Assembly (NCBI GenBank): GCA_951406725.2 | Contig: OX597824.1 | Location: 53,816,001 to 53,880,000 of the forward strand | Source: Octopus vulgaris | Lineage: Eukaryota | DNA length: 64,000 bases | Direction: 5' to 3' | Part shown: one piece after another, positions 11,563 through 24,789 of the stretch | Layout: every line of letters begins with the position of its first letter | Position numbering within the stretch: position 1 is the stretch's first letter | Made by a program: the position numbers and the translations under genes | The notes under the pieces: model-generated | Database searches by the model: none | Seen by the model: only the letters and a program-made list of their open reading frames with translations | What the model was told of the DNA's origin: nothing

Positions 11563-13010
11563 TCTTCCTGGGTCTACCTCTTCCACAGGTTCCCTCAACT
11601 GCTAGGGTGTGGCACTTTTTCACACAGCTATCCACATCCATTCTCGCCACATGACCATACCAGCACAGTAGTCTCTCTTGCACATCACATCTGATGCTTC
11701 TTAGGTCCAACTTTTCTCTTGAGGTAATTACACTCTGTCGAGTATGCACACTGGCATTACACATCCATCGGATCATACTGGCTTAATTCCTTGTGAGCTT
11801 ACGCATGTCCTCAGCAGTCACAGCCCATGTTTCACTGCCATGTAGCATGGTTGTTCGTACACAAGCATCATACAGTCTACCTTTTACTCTGAGTGAGAGG
11901 CCCTTTGTCACCAGCAGAGGTAAGAGCTCTCTGAACTTTGCCCAGGCTATTCTTATTCTAGCAGCTGCACTTTCAGCGCAACCTCCCCCACTACTGACTT
12001 GGTCACCTAGATAACGGAAGCTATCAACTACTTCTAGTTTTTCTCCTTGGAATGTGGCGGAAGTTGTTCTCTGCGCATTTTCAGTGTTTATTGCACCCGA
12101 GCATCTGCCACATTCAAAAACTATCTTCCCAGTTAGCCTTCCTTTGATATTACTGCACCTCTTATGTGTCCATAGCTTACACTGGGTACATCTTATAGAG
12201 TTTCTACCTACGCCTCTACTACAGATTGGGCAGGGCCATCTACCTGAAGGGATTTGTGGTTTGCTTGCCTTACTGCTTATTAGGACTTTGGTTTTAGCTA
12301 GGTTGATTCTAAGGCCCTCCGATTCTAATCCTTGTTTCCACACCTGAAACCTCTCCTCCAGTTCTGATAGTGACTCAGCAATTACAGCAAGGTCAACAGC
12401 ACAGAGGAGCTCCCAGGGGCATCCTGTCTTGAATTCCTCCATTATTGCCTGGAGGACTATGATAAATAGGAGGGTGCTGAGGACTGAATCTTGGTGGACC
12501 CCTACCTCTACCCTGAATTCTTCAGTGTACTCGTTGCTGTACTGTACATGGCTCTCACTAACCATTCATCTATCCCTAGTTTCCTCATTGACCACCAGAT
12601 AATAGATCGGGGGACCCTGTCAAAGGCTTTCTCCATGTCAATGAAAGCCAGGTACAGGTACTTATCTTTGGCTAGGTATTTCTCCTGCAGCTGTCTTACC
12701 AGAAATATAGCCAGTCATTGAGTATGACTCCTTCATGTATCACCTGGTTAACTATACGGGTGACTATAGCCGACACTGCCAGATATTTTGAGCATCACTG
12801 CAGTAATTCCTGATGGACCGGGGTCTTTCCCCGTCTTCACACTTTTAATTGCTTTATCTACCAATGTACTGTCAACTCGGATAGCTGGTCCCTCTGTTGG
12901 GTCAACATTCAGCAGACTCTCTTTCTCCCATTCATTTTCTTTATTCAGCAACCTTTTATAGTGGCATCTCCAAACCTCTCTCTTTGCAGCCTCATTTAGT
13001 GCAAGTGAAC
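11563..13010 (-). mobile_element. RTE LINE fragment with longer RT region
   Basis: ORFs 12748..12951, 11783..12565 and 11351..11776: GVHQDSVLS, decayed YADD (CAVD), KTKVL, Cys-rich insert, YLG. Confidence 0.92.
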
Positions 13011-13265
13011 TGCTAAGTTACAGGGATGTAAATACACCAACATTGGTTGTCAACCAATGGTGAGGGGACAATCACAGACACACAAACATACATACATATA
13101 TATATATGATGGGCTTCTTTCAGTTTCCATCTAACAAATCGACTCACAAGGCTTTGGTTGGCCTGAGGCTATGGTGGAAGATATTTGCCCAAGGTGCCAT
13201 GCAGTGGGTCTGAACCCAGAACCATGTGATTGGTAAAGCAAGCTACTTACCACAGTCACTCCTAT
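13010..13265 (-). mobile_element. SINE
   Basis: SINE head and core in reverse orientation. Confidence 0.8.
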
Positions 13266-13289
13266 ATATATATGTATGTGTGGAGGTGT

Positions 13290-13535
13290 AGGATTGCAGT
13301 TTCGATTCCCAGACCGGGTGTTGTGTGTGTTTATTGAGTGAAAACACCTAAAAGCTCCACGAGGCTCTGGCAGGGGGTGGTGATCCCTGCTGTACTCTTT
13401 CACCACTCTTTCTCCTGTTGGCCTGCTCGCTTAGCCAGCAGGGTGGCATCATTCGAAGGCTAAAACAATGTGAACACATTGTGACCAGCGATGTGTAACA
13501 ACATCTGATGGTCTGGTCGGTCACGTGATCACGGG
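13290..13535 (+). mobile_element. Second SINE-like family
   Basis: B-box-like GTTTCGATTCCC followed by a distinct core ending cacgtgatcacg. Confidence 0.5.
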
Positions 13536-13596
13536 ATATATGTATGTATGTATATATGTATGTTTGTAAGTATATATGTGTGTATATAATATATCA

Positions 13597-15363
13597 TCTT
13601 ATATAAAATTCATTCTGTCTGTCTGTCTGTTTGTGCGCTTATAACTCGAGTATTGTTCATGTGATTGCGCTGAAATTTTAAACATGGATACATGAGAAAG
13701 CGGGGCATTCTGTAATTCAAAAAGATTTTCAAAATTGTTAGTTTCAAAGTGAGAAATGCTATTTTTGTAATCTTTATGTCCTGTTTGTTCTGCCATTACA
13801 ACAACCAGTTGCTCAGACAGCCGGTACATGGCATTTCACTAGCAACAACGGGAGTACAGAATGACAGTCAGCCAAAACCGTCACTATGCTGTCTCACTTC
13901 TTTCCTCTCTCTGTGGGGTTAATAATTTTAATCTTGAGTTACAGTTTCTCATTAAAACTACATAATAAGCAGAATTGTCGGATTAAGACAGTAGGGTGTT
14001 TTGAGGGAGATTTGGCTGCTATTTCTACCAGGTCTGGCTTATTGATATTATATAGTCCTTATGCTTTCCAAAACCGAGTTACAGATTTTGACATATGGGG
14101 TATCAAAAGATTCAGTACTATTTTGGCTACAAATTAAACTTAATTTTCATACACATATTTGCATCTTAAAAATTTAACATAATCTTTTACATAAATTGAA
14201 TATTGTAAAAATTTTGTACAATGATGTCACATTTTCTATGTATGTGTACCTTAAAAGACGTCAATCATCATGACATACACCTTCACTCACTCACTCTATC
14301 TCTCTCACATATACATGTGCAAGCATGCACGCACGCACACACATACGTCTATTTCATATAGGCGTACATACATCTTTCACTTTCTTACATTTTTCTTTTT
14401 GCTTTATCTTTTTTCAATTTCTCCTCTCTTCAAATAAAATTTTTATGGATACAACTGCTTACAAAAATAGGGACTAATGTATAATTTCTTTCAATGTTCA
14501 TAATTTTTTGTTTACAATATTGGGAAAAATATGCCACCAAAGAAAAGATGTAGTCTCTCCAGAAACAAGTATAAAGCAAGGAGGATTGTAGAAGACAGAG
14601 GTCCAACAGAATAGCTCTCAGAAACAAATTACGTACAAATTCGCTCTTCACAACTCCTGAAGCTGTTTTCAGAAATGATCCATCCCATTCTTATAAAAAT
14701 AATAACTCTGTCCAAAATGGTGTGCTTTTCTGTAGAGCTTTCAAATTTTCAAATGAAACAAATGGTATGTGCTGCTCAGGTGGTCAGGTAAGATTGTCAG
14801 CCCTACCAGCTCCTTCTCAACCTCTTATGGATCTTCTAGAAGGCATTTCCATCTAGCCAAAGGATTTTCCGAACAATATCATACAACTCCGCAAATGACA
14901 TTGTTTGGTGCATCTAAGAAGATAGATAAACATGAATTTACGACGACGTCAAAGTTCAAGGGCAAGTCTATCACCTCAGTGGTTCCCTGTTACCCTCAAA
15001 TGAACAACCACAGTTCCTCCAAATTTACTTTATGAGTGATGTAGGACAACGAACCCAATGGACGTGTCAACATTTCAGATGATGGGTTGTGTTAGATACA
15101 GCGCCGACTGCTGCAAAAGAGAGTATATCCACTAACAGTTTCTCGGTGCGTTCAAAATTCACATAACCCCCACAGGTTAGGACCTGAAATATTCCAAACA
15201 GACGCATAGCATGTTGCTTAGTCGAATTAGCCCATCATTCACTCCACAAATGTTTTGTTGTCAATGCTGCACTTTCCCATATCACCTGTTTCAACATAAC
15301 TGTAATATATTATATACAAACTATGCCATATTAATCCCGAGCAACATCGGGTGTCTCTGCTAG
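13597..15363 (+). mobile_element. Internally deleted Helitron with RepHel N-terminal remnant
   Basis: 5' A|TC, 3' hairpin cccgagcaacatcggg plus CTAG|T. Frameshifted Helitron peptides at 14700-15040: FKFSNETNGMCCSGGQVRL, QMTLFGA, KVQGQVYH, FLQIYFM. Confidence 0.85.
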
Positions 15364-15424
15364 TATATATATATAGTAATAATGAAAATTTGTGGATGGA
15401 AATTTTCATATTCTATTAATTCAT

Positions 15425-15484
15425 TGTGACATATGTTTCTGTATACCACATGTCATTATTCCATGTATATGCTTAAGCAGACAC
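15425..15484 (-). ncRNA. Degenerate hammerhead ribozyme motif
   Basis: gtgt-CTGCTTA (2 mismatches to CUGANGA), stem II, GAAA-catat-GTC-aca; palindromic CATATG stem III. Confidence 0.4.
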
Positions 15485-15915
15485 CTCACATTAATGGTTT
15501 CTCACTGGATCAATGTTTATGCTTAAAGATATTTACCATTATACACCAAGCAGGTAGCTCCATTAGACTTTTGGGTGGTGCTTGTGAATCACTATAACTT
15601 ATCAAATAGAGAGATGTGGAAACAAAAGGAGGAAGGAAAAAAAAAATTGGGTATTGCTTGTAGTTCATTACAGCAGGCCAGCATGAAATAAGAATAAAGA
15701 GAAGAGAAAACAACATGAAGAAATGCCTTAAAAGTAACTGAGTGATTCAGAACCCTTCCTCACCCTGTGTTCTTCTCTAATGATTATACAGAGCTGTAAA
15801 TAAAAAAGAACAAAGCTTCATTTTGATATTATCAGTTCTGGTGTAGGGCTATTCGACAAGTTCAGTCAGCTAAGGGAGTAAAAATAATGTTATAGTAAAA
15901 TCCACAAGTCTTGTT

Positions 15916-16789
15916 AAATACAGCTAGCCAGGGGTTCCTGGTTGATACATTAATTTATTTCACCATTTTTGAAGCTGAGAGCATGACTGTTTTTCAATTA
16001 CCTTTTTAAGTAACGTTATCTGCTTAAGCGTCATCTGTTTAAATATCTGCCGCTTAAAAAGCAACTGAAAATGATATAGGTCTCAGCTTGAAAAACAGTG
16101 GAGTAAATTAACGTCTTGGCAAGAAACCTTGGATAGCAATATTTAACAAGGCTCACGGTTTTTATTATAACATTATACACCCCACTACATATATGTATAT
16201 CATCATCATCATATACATATTCTTTTATATGTTTCAACCTAAAGGCTGTAGCTATGTTGGGTCACACACATGCACGCACACAACAAAACAAATAGTGAGG
16301 GATTATCAATCTGGGCAAAATATTTCATAAGCTCTCTGTTGGCACGCCACGCTAATGATATTACTTAGATTAACGAAGAACTCCAAGTAATCTTTTGGTA
16401 GGGTCCAAAGTTATGGTTCATCACAATTCCATATCATAAATTTGTGAATGGGCTCCAGATAAACTGGTTCTTACAGAGTGATATATATGTATATGATGAT
16501 GATGATGTACATATATGTAGTGGGATGCATAATGTTATAATAAAAACCATGAGTCTGGTTAAATATTGCTATCCAAGGTTTCTTGCCAAGACGTTAATTT
16601 ACTCCACTGTTTTTCAAGCTGAGAACTATATCATTTTCAGTTGCTTTTTAAGCGGCTGATATTTAAACAGATGACGCTTAAGCAGATAACGTAACTTAAA
16701 AAGGTAATTGAAAAACAGTCATGTTCTCAGCTTCAAAAATGGTGAAATAAATTAATGTATCAACCAGGAACCCCTGGCTAGTTGTATTT
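15916..16789. repeat. Long inverted repeat (305 bp arms, 264 bp spacer)
   Basis: 15916-16220 is the reverse complement of 16485-16789 with scattered mismatches; ORFs 16031..16237(-) and 16444..16659(+) give near-identical peptides. Confidence 0.95.
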
Positions 16790-16815
16790 GGATACACCTT
16801 TTCTTACTGTTGCAT

Positions 16816-17210
16816 AGGCGTAGGAGTGGCTGTGTGGTAAGTAGCTTGCTTACGAACCACATGGTTCTGGGTTCAGTCCCACTGCGTGGAACCTTGGGCA
16901 AGTGTCTTCTACTATAGCCCTGGGCTGACCAAAGCCTTGTGAGTGGATTTGGTAGATGGAAACTGAAAGAAGCCCGTCATATGTATGTATATATATATAT
17001 ATATATATGTATGTTTGTGTCTGTGTTTGTCCCTCCAACATCGCTTGACAACCGATGCTGATGTGTTTATGTTCCTGTAACTTGGCGGTTTGGCAAAAGA
17101 GACTGATAGAATAAGTACTAGGCTTACAAAGAATAAGTCCTGGGGTCGATTTGCTTGACTAAAGGTGGTGCTCCAGCATGGCCACAATCAAATGACTGAA
17201 ACAAGTTAAA
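16816..17210 (+). mobile_element. Full-length tRNA-derived SINE
   Basis: GGCGTAGGAGTGGCTGTGTGGTAAG (A box)...GGTTCAGTCCC (B box), central microsatellite, A-rich end. Confidence 0.9.
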
Positions 17211-17225
17211 AAAAAAAAAAAGAGA

Positions 17226-19633
17226 GTGTGCAATCCTGTTGGCTGAATTTTCTCGTAGTTCTTTAACAAATGAAAACAAAGATGCTAGCAGAAGGTAACC
17301 TTCAAATACATCAGAACCAGGGATTTGGAGTTTCTTACTTGTTTTGTTAAAACACTCCATAACATCTTCCCAAACGAATGTTAAAATAGCATATTCCAAT
17401 TTTACCAATTTGTGGTATAAATTCTTTCCATCTCGCTTACATTCAGGCTTCTCTTCTAAGCCTTCAAACATGTTTGAGAGTTTGTAAAATATCCCTATAT
17501 CCATTTTTAATTGCCCAGGCTGTTTCATAATGTGCAGGCCAATTAGTTATACTTAAGCTCTTTACAGAAAAGGCTAGATTGCCTTGTGTTCAAAATCTCT
17601 CATCTTTGAGGAGATTCAGAAAAGAAAATATACAGCTGCTGCAAGATGCCAAAATAGTCAACAACTTCAGGTACAGTAGACACTGCCTTTTATCAAACAA
17701 GGTTGAGTGAATGGTTTGCACATGGTACATAGTCTGCATAACAGTTAATGTTTTTAAGAAGTGCTTGCAGCCCTTTCTCTGAGCCTTTCATGTTGGATGC
17801 ATTATCATACAACTGACCATGGATATTTTCAAGTGAAAGCTTATGTTCCCCCAGAAATTATTTTGTTGAACAAGGTTGTGGTTTTTCTATTGGCAAAAAT
17901 GCTAAAATTCTCTCATGGGGTTTTCTATTATAACAGTATCGAACCAAAATTACCAGCTGGTCAACATGTGTTATGTTAGGTGTAGAGTCAAAAATAATTG
18001 AGTAGTATTTGATGTCTAGGTTGTTGAGCTGATTCACCACTTCATCTTACACATGTTTTCCCATGATTTCCCTCAATTCTTCAGATACAGATTTGGGTAG
18101 GTTAGTAATATTTACTTTTTCATTTTTACATTTCTCTAAATGTTCATGTAAAAATGGGTCAAAATCCGCAATAAGCTGAATGACCCCCATGAAATTTCCA
18201 TTGTTTGGGGAGCCCCACTTTTCCTCATGACCTCTAAATGCTAAACCCCTTTCACTTAAAAACTTAACTATTACAACTCTTTCTAGTACTTCAAAATAGT
18301 ACTGCATGTTTTTTCTCAGCTATTCCTCAAGTTGCTGATCCACAGTGTTTTTATTTGACTTTCGTGTTATCCAGCTCAACTGGATGTTATGTTCCTTGCT
18401 ATCTTCATGATTTTCTGGAGTTCTGAGTATATTCATACAGTCAGAAAACCCACCCGTTGTAAGTGATATTTTGCATTTAGAAAAGAGTTTGTTCTTTGAG
18501 AAAACTAACCAGGATCTCATCACAGTCTGACCATTTTTCAATCCTTTTTTTCAAAGTACTTGCTTGAGAAACTTCGATTTTGCTGTTTGTAAATTTTGTT
18601 GGATTCAGTATATACATTATCTGTTTTTTTATTTTGAAAAAAACTGATGCTTTGCATTAAGCAGTTTTGTACGAAATCATTATCAATTGTTACTGGCCAG
18701 TTTGCCATGTCACTGTAATCTTTGAAATCACTAAATTTGCTTGCTGTTTCTGCTCCATCTTTTCTCGAAGTTCTTGACCACCATGACCATCATCTGTACC
18801 AAAAGTGTCAACAGTAGGTTGATTATTGCTAAACAGAACACTCATGGTTTGTGTACTATCATAGACTTCACTGGTACTTGCATGGCTTGTTTCAGTTGCA
18901 GGTGATAACAATCTTTTACTTATAGTAAAATAGTTTGATAGTTTTTGACATTTAGAGATTTCATTAGATTGCTCTTCCTTGAGTTGGCATTTCTGGTATC
19001 CACTCGAGTACTTTCTTGAAGACACTGCTGTTCCTCTTGGGGACTAGACCTCTGTGAAAAAGAAATTGGGGTAATATTTTCATTAGCCACAGCGAGACAG
19101 AGATTGATCAAGATAAGGGTCAACAACTTAATATATAGTCATAAATGAAGAATTGTTCATTTTGTACAATGTAATATTCCAACAATTTTTAAAGTAGAAA
19201 AAATGCTTTGTTACTAAACAGCTTGTAAGTCCAAAATTAGGAGGCAAACCCTTTCATTGGTTATTAAATAATGGTGTGAAAATAAAAATTCTTATCTTTA
19301 CCGTGCTGATGTAGTAGTAAACATATTTCACAATGGGAGAGGCAGGGCCAAAGTTTCCAAAATAAATTCAAGTGAAGCAAATTATCTGTGAGTTGTCTGT
19401 ACTTTTACTTTTTATACTACTCCACACCGGTAGAAACAGCAGGTGAACAACTCATGGCTAGATACTGCGTGTCGAGACTCTGCATAAGTGTATGATATGA
19501 TGTCCACAAAGACTGCGTGGCAAAATACTAAAATTGACAGAATGAAAACATTAAGTTGCTTCAGAGGGGACCCCTCCTGGATTAGGGGCCCTGAAACTTA
19601 AGCTTCATAAGTTTTATGGTAGATCTGCCCCTG
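17226..19633 (-). mobile_element. Degenerate hAT transposon (ZMYM1/Tip100-like transposase)
   Basis: Fragments FLSERGLAFRGHEE...NNGNFMG, YYSIIFDSTPNITHVDQL, frameshifted V-CANHSLNL. 5' terminus CAGGGGCAGATCTACC...GGGCCCC ends at 19633. Confidence 0.85.
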
Positions 19634-20029
19634 GGAACGATAGATCAGGAAGTAGGGGATGATGAGCATAGCATAAGAGTAGAGGTACACAAGGGTAGCT
19701 ATAGAGAATGGGAGTGGTAGTAGATACAAGAGGGCATTGGAATGGTAGCATATATGAGAGGCATTAAAATGGAGTATGGCAGAGGAGATAATTGGAAAAA
19801 CAGAAAGGAGATGGTTGAACAAAGAGAGGGAGAAAGTGATAATGAAAACGTAGGACAAAAGTGGAAGCAGAGGTAGCAACTGGTAGTGAAAGAAGTTAGG
19901 AGATGCAATATGTATCAAGGAGGAATGGAAGTTGGGGGAGGGTACAGTATCAGATAGATAAGATGTTCGGAATGAGCTGAATAGGTATCAGATCAGGGTC
20001 CATCACCGTATAAGCATAAATAATATTTT

Positions 20030-21120
20030 TAGGGCCTCATGGAAGGTTTTCTCAAGCACAGCAAATTGCCAATGATGTTGATTCTTTCTCATCTCTGTGA
20101 GGCTCAACATCTTGAGATCATCCATCACATCTCACTGGGTTTCCCTCTTTCACAAGTTCCATCTACTTTAAGTGACTGGCACTTTTTATGCAGCTGTCCT
20201 CATCTATGTCCATCACATGTCCAAACAAGTGCAGTCTTCTCTCTTACACATTACATCAAATTCCTCTTATGTCCATTTTTCCTCTCAAAACATTAGTACT
20301 ATTATATACACACACTGACATTGCACATCTGAGCATACAAACTTGATTCCTCTCTAGTCTTTGCATGTCTTCAGCATTCAGTATCAATGTCTAACTACCA
20401 TGTAGTATTACTGCTCATACAAAGGTATCAGACAATCTGTCTTATTCCGAAAGCGGGAAAGTTTTTGTTGCCAACAGTAACAGCTTTGATTTTTCTTTTT
20501 CTTATTTTAGTGACTATACTTTCACAGCATCCTCATTAACTGTTAATTAGGTCAACTAAATAACAGATTCTATCTACTACCTCCAGGGAGATTCCTGTGA
20601 ATTGGAGAAAATCTATTTCTCAGGAGTCTTTCATGTTCATCGCACCTGCACATCTTCCACATATGAACAGTTTTTTTAACTTTCCTGTAATTCTACTGCA
20701 CTTTGCAAGTCCATAGCTTGTACTGGGTACACCCAAAAGAAATCCTACCTACACCTTTCCTATGAATTGAGCAGGGCCGTTTACCGGAAGGGAGTTGAGG
20801 CCTGTCTGTGTTCCTGCTCACTAGAACTTTGCTCTTTGTTAAATTAACTTTAAAGTCCTTTGATTGCAGCTTTGCTTCCACACCTGAAATTTTTTCTAGT
20901 TCTATTACTGATTCTGCTGTGAGAATGAGGTCACCAGCAGTTCCCAATAGCAACCTGCTATGGCCTGGAGGATGATGATGAACAGGAAGGGACTGAAGAC
21001 TGAGCCCTGGTGTACATCTACTTGTACTCATTACTGAACTTGTGGCTAACACTGTTTACTGACAGTACCCCTGTACATGGCTTATATGGATTTCATAAGC
21101 TAGTCATTTTACACCTAACT
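20030..21120 (-). mobile_element. Old RTE LINE fragment
   Basis: ORF 20693..21052 (SGKRPCSIHRKGVGR...CTQYKLWT) is homologous to the young RTE copies. Confidence 0.8.
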
Positions 21121-21182
21121 TCTGCAGAGATCATCAGATCACAGGGCAAAGGACTGTTGAAGTCTACATGTGTGATTATATA

Positions 21183-21700
21183 TAGGTGCAAGCATGGCTA
21201 TGTAGTACCTTGGGCATGCATCCTCCACTATAGCCGTGGGCCACCTAAAGCTCTGCAAATAGATTTGGAAGATGGAAACTGAAAGAAGCTTGTTTGTGTG
21301 TGTATGTGTATATATATTTACATATGTTTGTGGATATTCTTGTCATAACATCATGTAATGATTGTAAATAGGCATTATCATCATACAAATCAATGTTATT
21401 TATTTCCAGTTTTCTGTGAAAAATTTGACTGGCAATGGTGAAATATTACCTTGCTTAGAAACAGGTGAGGTTTGGCAACAGGATGGGCATTTAGTTGTAG
21501 AAACTGTCTCAAGGATTCTATTTGATCCATGCAAGCATATGAGGAGATGATCTGCATGTATGTGTTTGTATAAATATATGTCATCATTTTAATGTACACT
21601 TTTTCATAATTGCACAGGTTGGATGGTTTTTGTTAAAGCAGATATTCTATAACTGGATGCCCTTCCTGTTGCCAGCCCTCCTCACCCATTTCCAAGAAAG
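21183..21700 (+). mobile_element. Old SINE/LINE-tail fragments
   Basis: Decayed SINE head and core followed by LINE-type tail motifs; related to 46038-46435. Confidence 0.55.
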
Positions 21701-22779
21701 GTGTATTGTATAAATTCAAACATTTGATAAGAGTCTATTTAAGTTATATCAATATTTTGAATAATGTTGGTTCTGTATAGCAACCAACAGATAAACTCAG
21801 ACAACCTTTTTACATTTGCTTTATAAACACTTGTTTCATCTATGTCGGTAGTGGTATTATTATTATTATTATTATACAGAAGGGATTAAAGTGTTAAGTA
21901 GATAGAACCTCAGATAAAATGCCTTGCTATATTCAATCCCCCACCCACCTCTCACACACATTCCGAGTTCAAATACTGTCATGGTCAACTTCATCTTTTA
22001 TCCATCTGAAGTTAATAAAGGCATTTTTTGCGATTAATTATACTGACTAGTGCCCCACCTACCTCTAAAACTTTGAGTCCTAATACTGAATGAATTGCCA
22101 TTATGAAGTTATTAATATAAGCTGATAAACTTAATTTCACATTGCTATGAAGTCAGTAGTATCAATTTCTCATGGATGGATACTACTGATCAAGTAATTT
22201 TTGTTTGCTGTACTCACTGATTAGTTTCATATACCTGGTAAATGGTAAGAATATTAGTGACAAAAGTTTATTTATTGGAAGAATAATGAATGTTTTGTGA
22301 TGTTTTTTACTTTCTCAACAATATTAGCAGGTATGTGAAAAAGTTTTGTACATGTAACATCCCATTTTAACAAGTGCTTCAAGGAAGGCCAGAACTCTAA
22401 TAGCAATAAAGATCTACTGGCTGCAGGCAAAACTGGATATTTAAGCAGTTTGGTTCCATGATGTGGTACTTTGGGCAAAGTCTTCTATTATAGCCTTAGT
22501 TTGATCAGTTTCTTGTGAATGATAGGTATTGTGGATATTTACATAAAAAAAGTGAGCATATCAGCAAAAGATGTACCTATCAGCAAGAAACTACCAGTAA
22601 ATCAATGTATTAAGACAAGATACCTGCTGATTATATCACTCAAGTTGTATAGATACTCCCTTGCCACTCTCAGTGCATCAGTAGCAGAGATTAGCCCACA
22701 GGAAACATAACTAACAATACTGTCATTGATAAAATGCATGGCATAAAATAAAAAGAAAATGAATCATTGCCAGAATACT

Positions 22780-23650
22780 CTTTTACTTGTTTCAGTCATT
22801 TAACTGCAGCCATGCTGGAGCACCACCCTAAAGGGTTTTAATTGAAGAAATTGACTCCAGGACTTATTCTTTGTAAGCCTAGTGCTTATTCTATTGGTCT
22901 CTTTTGCTGAATTGCTAAGTTATAGGGACATAAACACACCAGCATCAGTTGTCAAGTGATAGCAGGAATACAAACACAGACACTCACATGAAATATATTT
23001 CAGTTGTTGATTGGGAGATAGAGACACACGAGTGAAATGGATGGAGGAAAAGAGTGCACAGTGGTTGTTCAAAGTATGAAAGAGAGAGAATGACGCACAA
23101 GAAGATCAAGAGAAGGCTTAGAAATAATGAACCTGTGAAAAATGAGGGAGTGTTGCTTTTTATGTGTGCTTTGTGGAAGGAAATGCTTGTCATGCAGTCC
23201 TGGTCAATGATCAGAGAATTCACAGGAATTGACCCCTAGTAAATTGTGATATGGCTATTGTTCACAAGAGAACATATGCAACCTGTGGAAAGGTGTGCCT
23301 CTCAGTTGAGGATTGAAAAAGTATGTCAAAAGAATTTATATTGTGGCACCTGTTCCCTCTGTCAGCCAGCACAGCTGTGTATTATGCAATAGATTGTATA
23401 AATCTTTGGCCATAGAGTCATATAAGGGCCTCATTTCAATGATTCTTTCTAGCAATGACTTTGCTCATATATGAGACTGCAGCTACTATATGATGGGCTT
23501 GTTTCAATTTCGATCCAAATCCATTCACAAGGCTTTGGTTGGCCCGAGGCTATAGCAGAAGACACTTGCCCAAGGTGCCACACAGTAGAACTGAACCTGG
23601 AACCATGTGGTTGGGAAACAAGCTTCTTACCATACAGCCATGCCTGCACC
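22780..23650 (-). mobile_element. SINE split into tail (22780-22985) and head (23490-23650) by about 500 bp of other sequence
   Basis: Both parts match the SINE copies here and have the same orientation. Confidence 0.65.
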
Positions 23651-23800
23651 TACGAGTCAAGTTTTTTTTTTCTGGACTAATATGTTTTATGTTTTCTTTA
23701 GGTATGAGTTTGTGTGGTTTTCTACCAGTGAAGGATTAAATATATGAAAATACAAGGCCTGAGGACAGTTAAGAAGAAAGGATACACCAACTGAAACATG

Positions 23801-24361
23801 ATGTAGATAGAAGTACAAAAGATTTGGTTAATAGTTCAGGAAAATCTATTCAAACTGAAGAAAGAAATTTCAATCCTTTGATGTCATCTTTATGTCCTTT
23901 AGGTGTTCATTGTAAAGAAATAATATTATTATTTTTGAGAATTGTTAAGTAATAATGCTTTCAAATTTTGGCACAAGGCCAGCAAGCTCAGGGGAGGGAA
24001 TGAGTCAATTAGATCAACCCCAGTGCTCAACTGGTATTTATCTTATTGGTTGTTGAATATTAAGGTAAGTGAACCGCGAAGTAAAATTTCTAAGTTCAAT
24101 ATATGAAAAAAGCATCAGTGACATGAAACTGATAATGAAACAGAAATACAAACAGTTCTAATATTTTAATAACTTTGATGCTTTGCTTAAACACAACACT
24201 AAATCATTATTACTTAACAATTCTCAAAAATGATAATATCATTTCCTTACAATAAACACCTAAAGGACATAAAGATGACATCAAAGGATTGAAATTTCTT
24301 TCTTCAGTTTGAATAGATTTTCCTGAACTATTAACCAAATCTTTTGTACTTCTATCTACAT
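23801..24361. repeat. Inverted duplication (157 bp arms)
   Basis: 23801-23957 is the reverse complement of 24205-24361 with few mismatches. Confidence 0.92.
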
Positions 24362-24789
24362 AGAAGTAGAGATAAAACCAATTAAATTGTCACTATTAAA
24401 TATTGTAGAAAATACTTTTAGCAGTGCTTTTTGTTTCTGCCCACTGTATTAACTATTAAAATATTTGGTCTACTTCAGTAAAACAGGGAACAATATTTGG
24501 TTTTGATGGTAATGGAGATGTGATATTGTGAAATATCTTTTGAAGAGGATTGAGTAATAAAAATTCAACAAGGAATCCAAACTTGTTTGAAAATTCATAT
24601 TGCCAGTAAATAATAATTTCTGAAACAGACATTAAGCTTCAAATATGATGAAAATAGTTGTGTTAAATAGGGTAGTTATGCTTAGATTACCAGCATAAAT
24701 TAAATTAAATGGCTTTAATAATAACTGGATTTTTAGATTTGGTTCACCAAGAATCTGCAGCACTGCAGTAATTATCAGTACACACACAT

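Noticed and set aside
16816-16890. tRNA gene
   Set aside because: A and B boxes are present, but it is the head of a multi-copy SINE and no full cloverleaf is evident.
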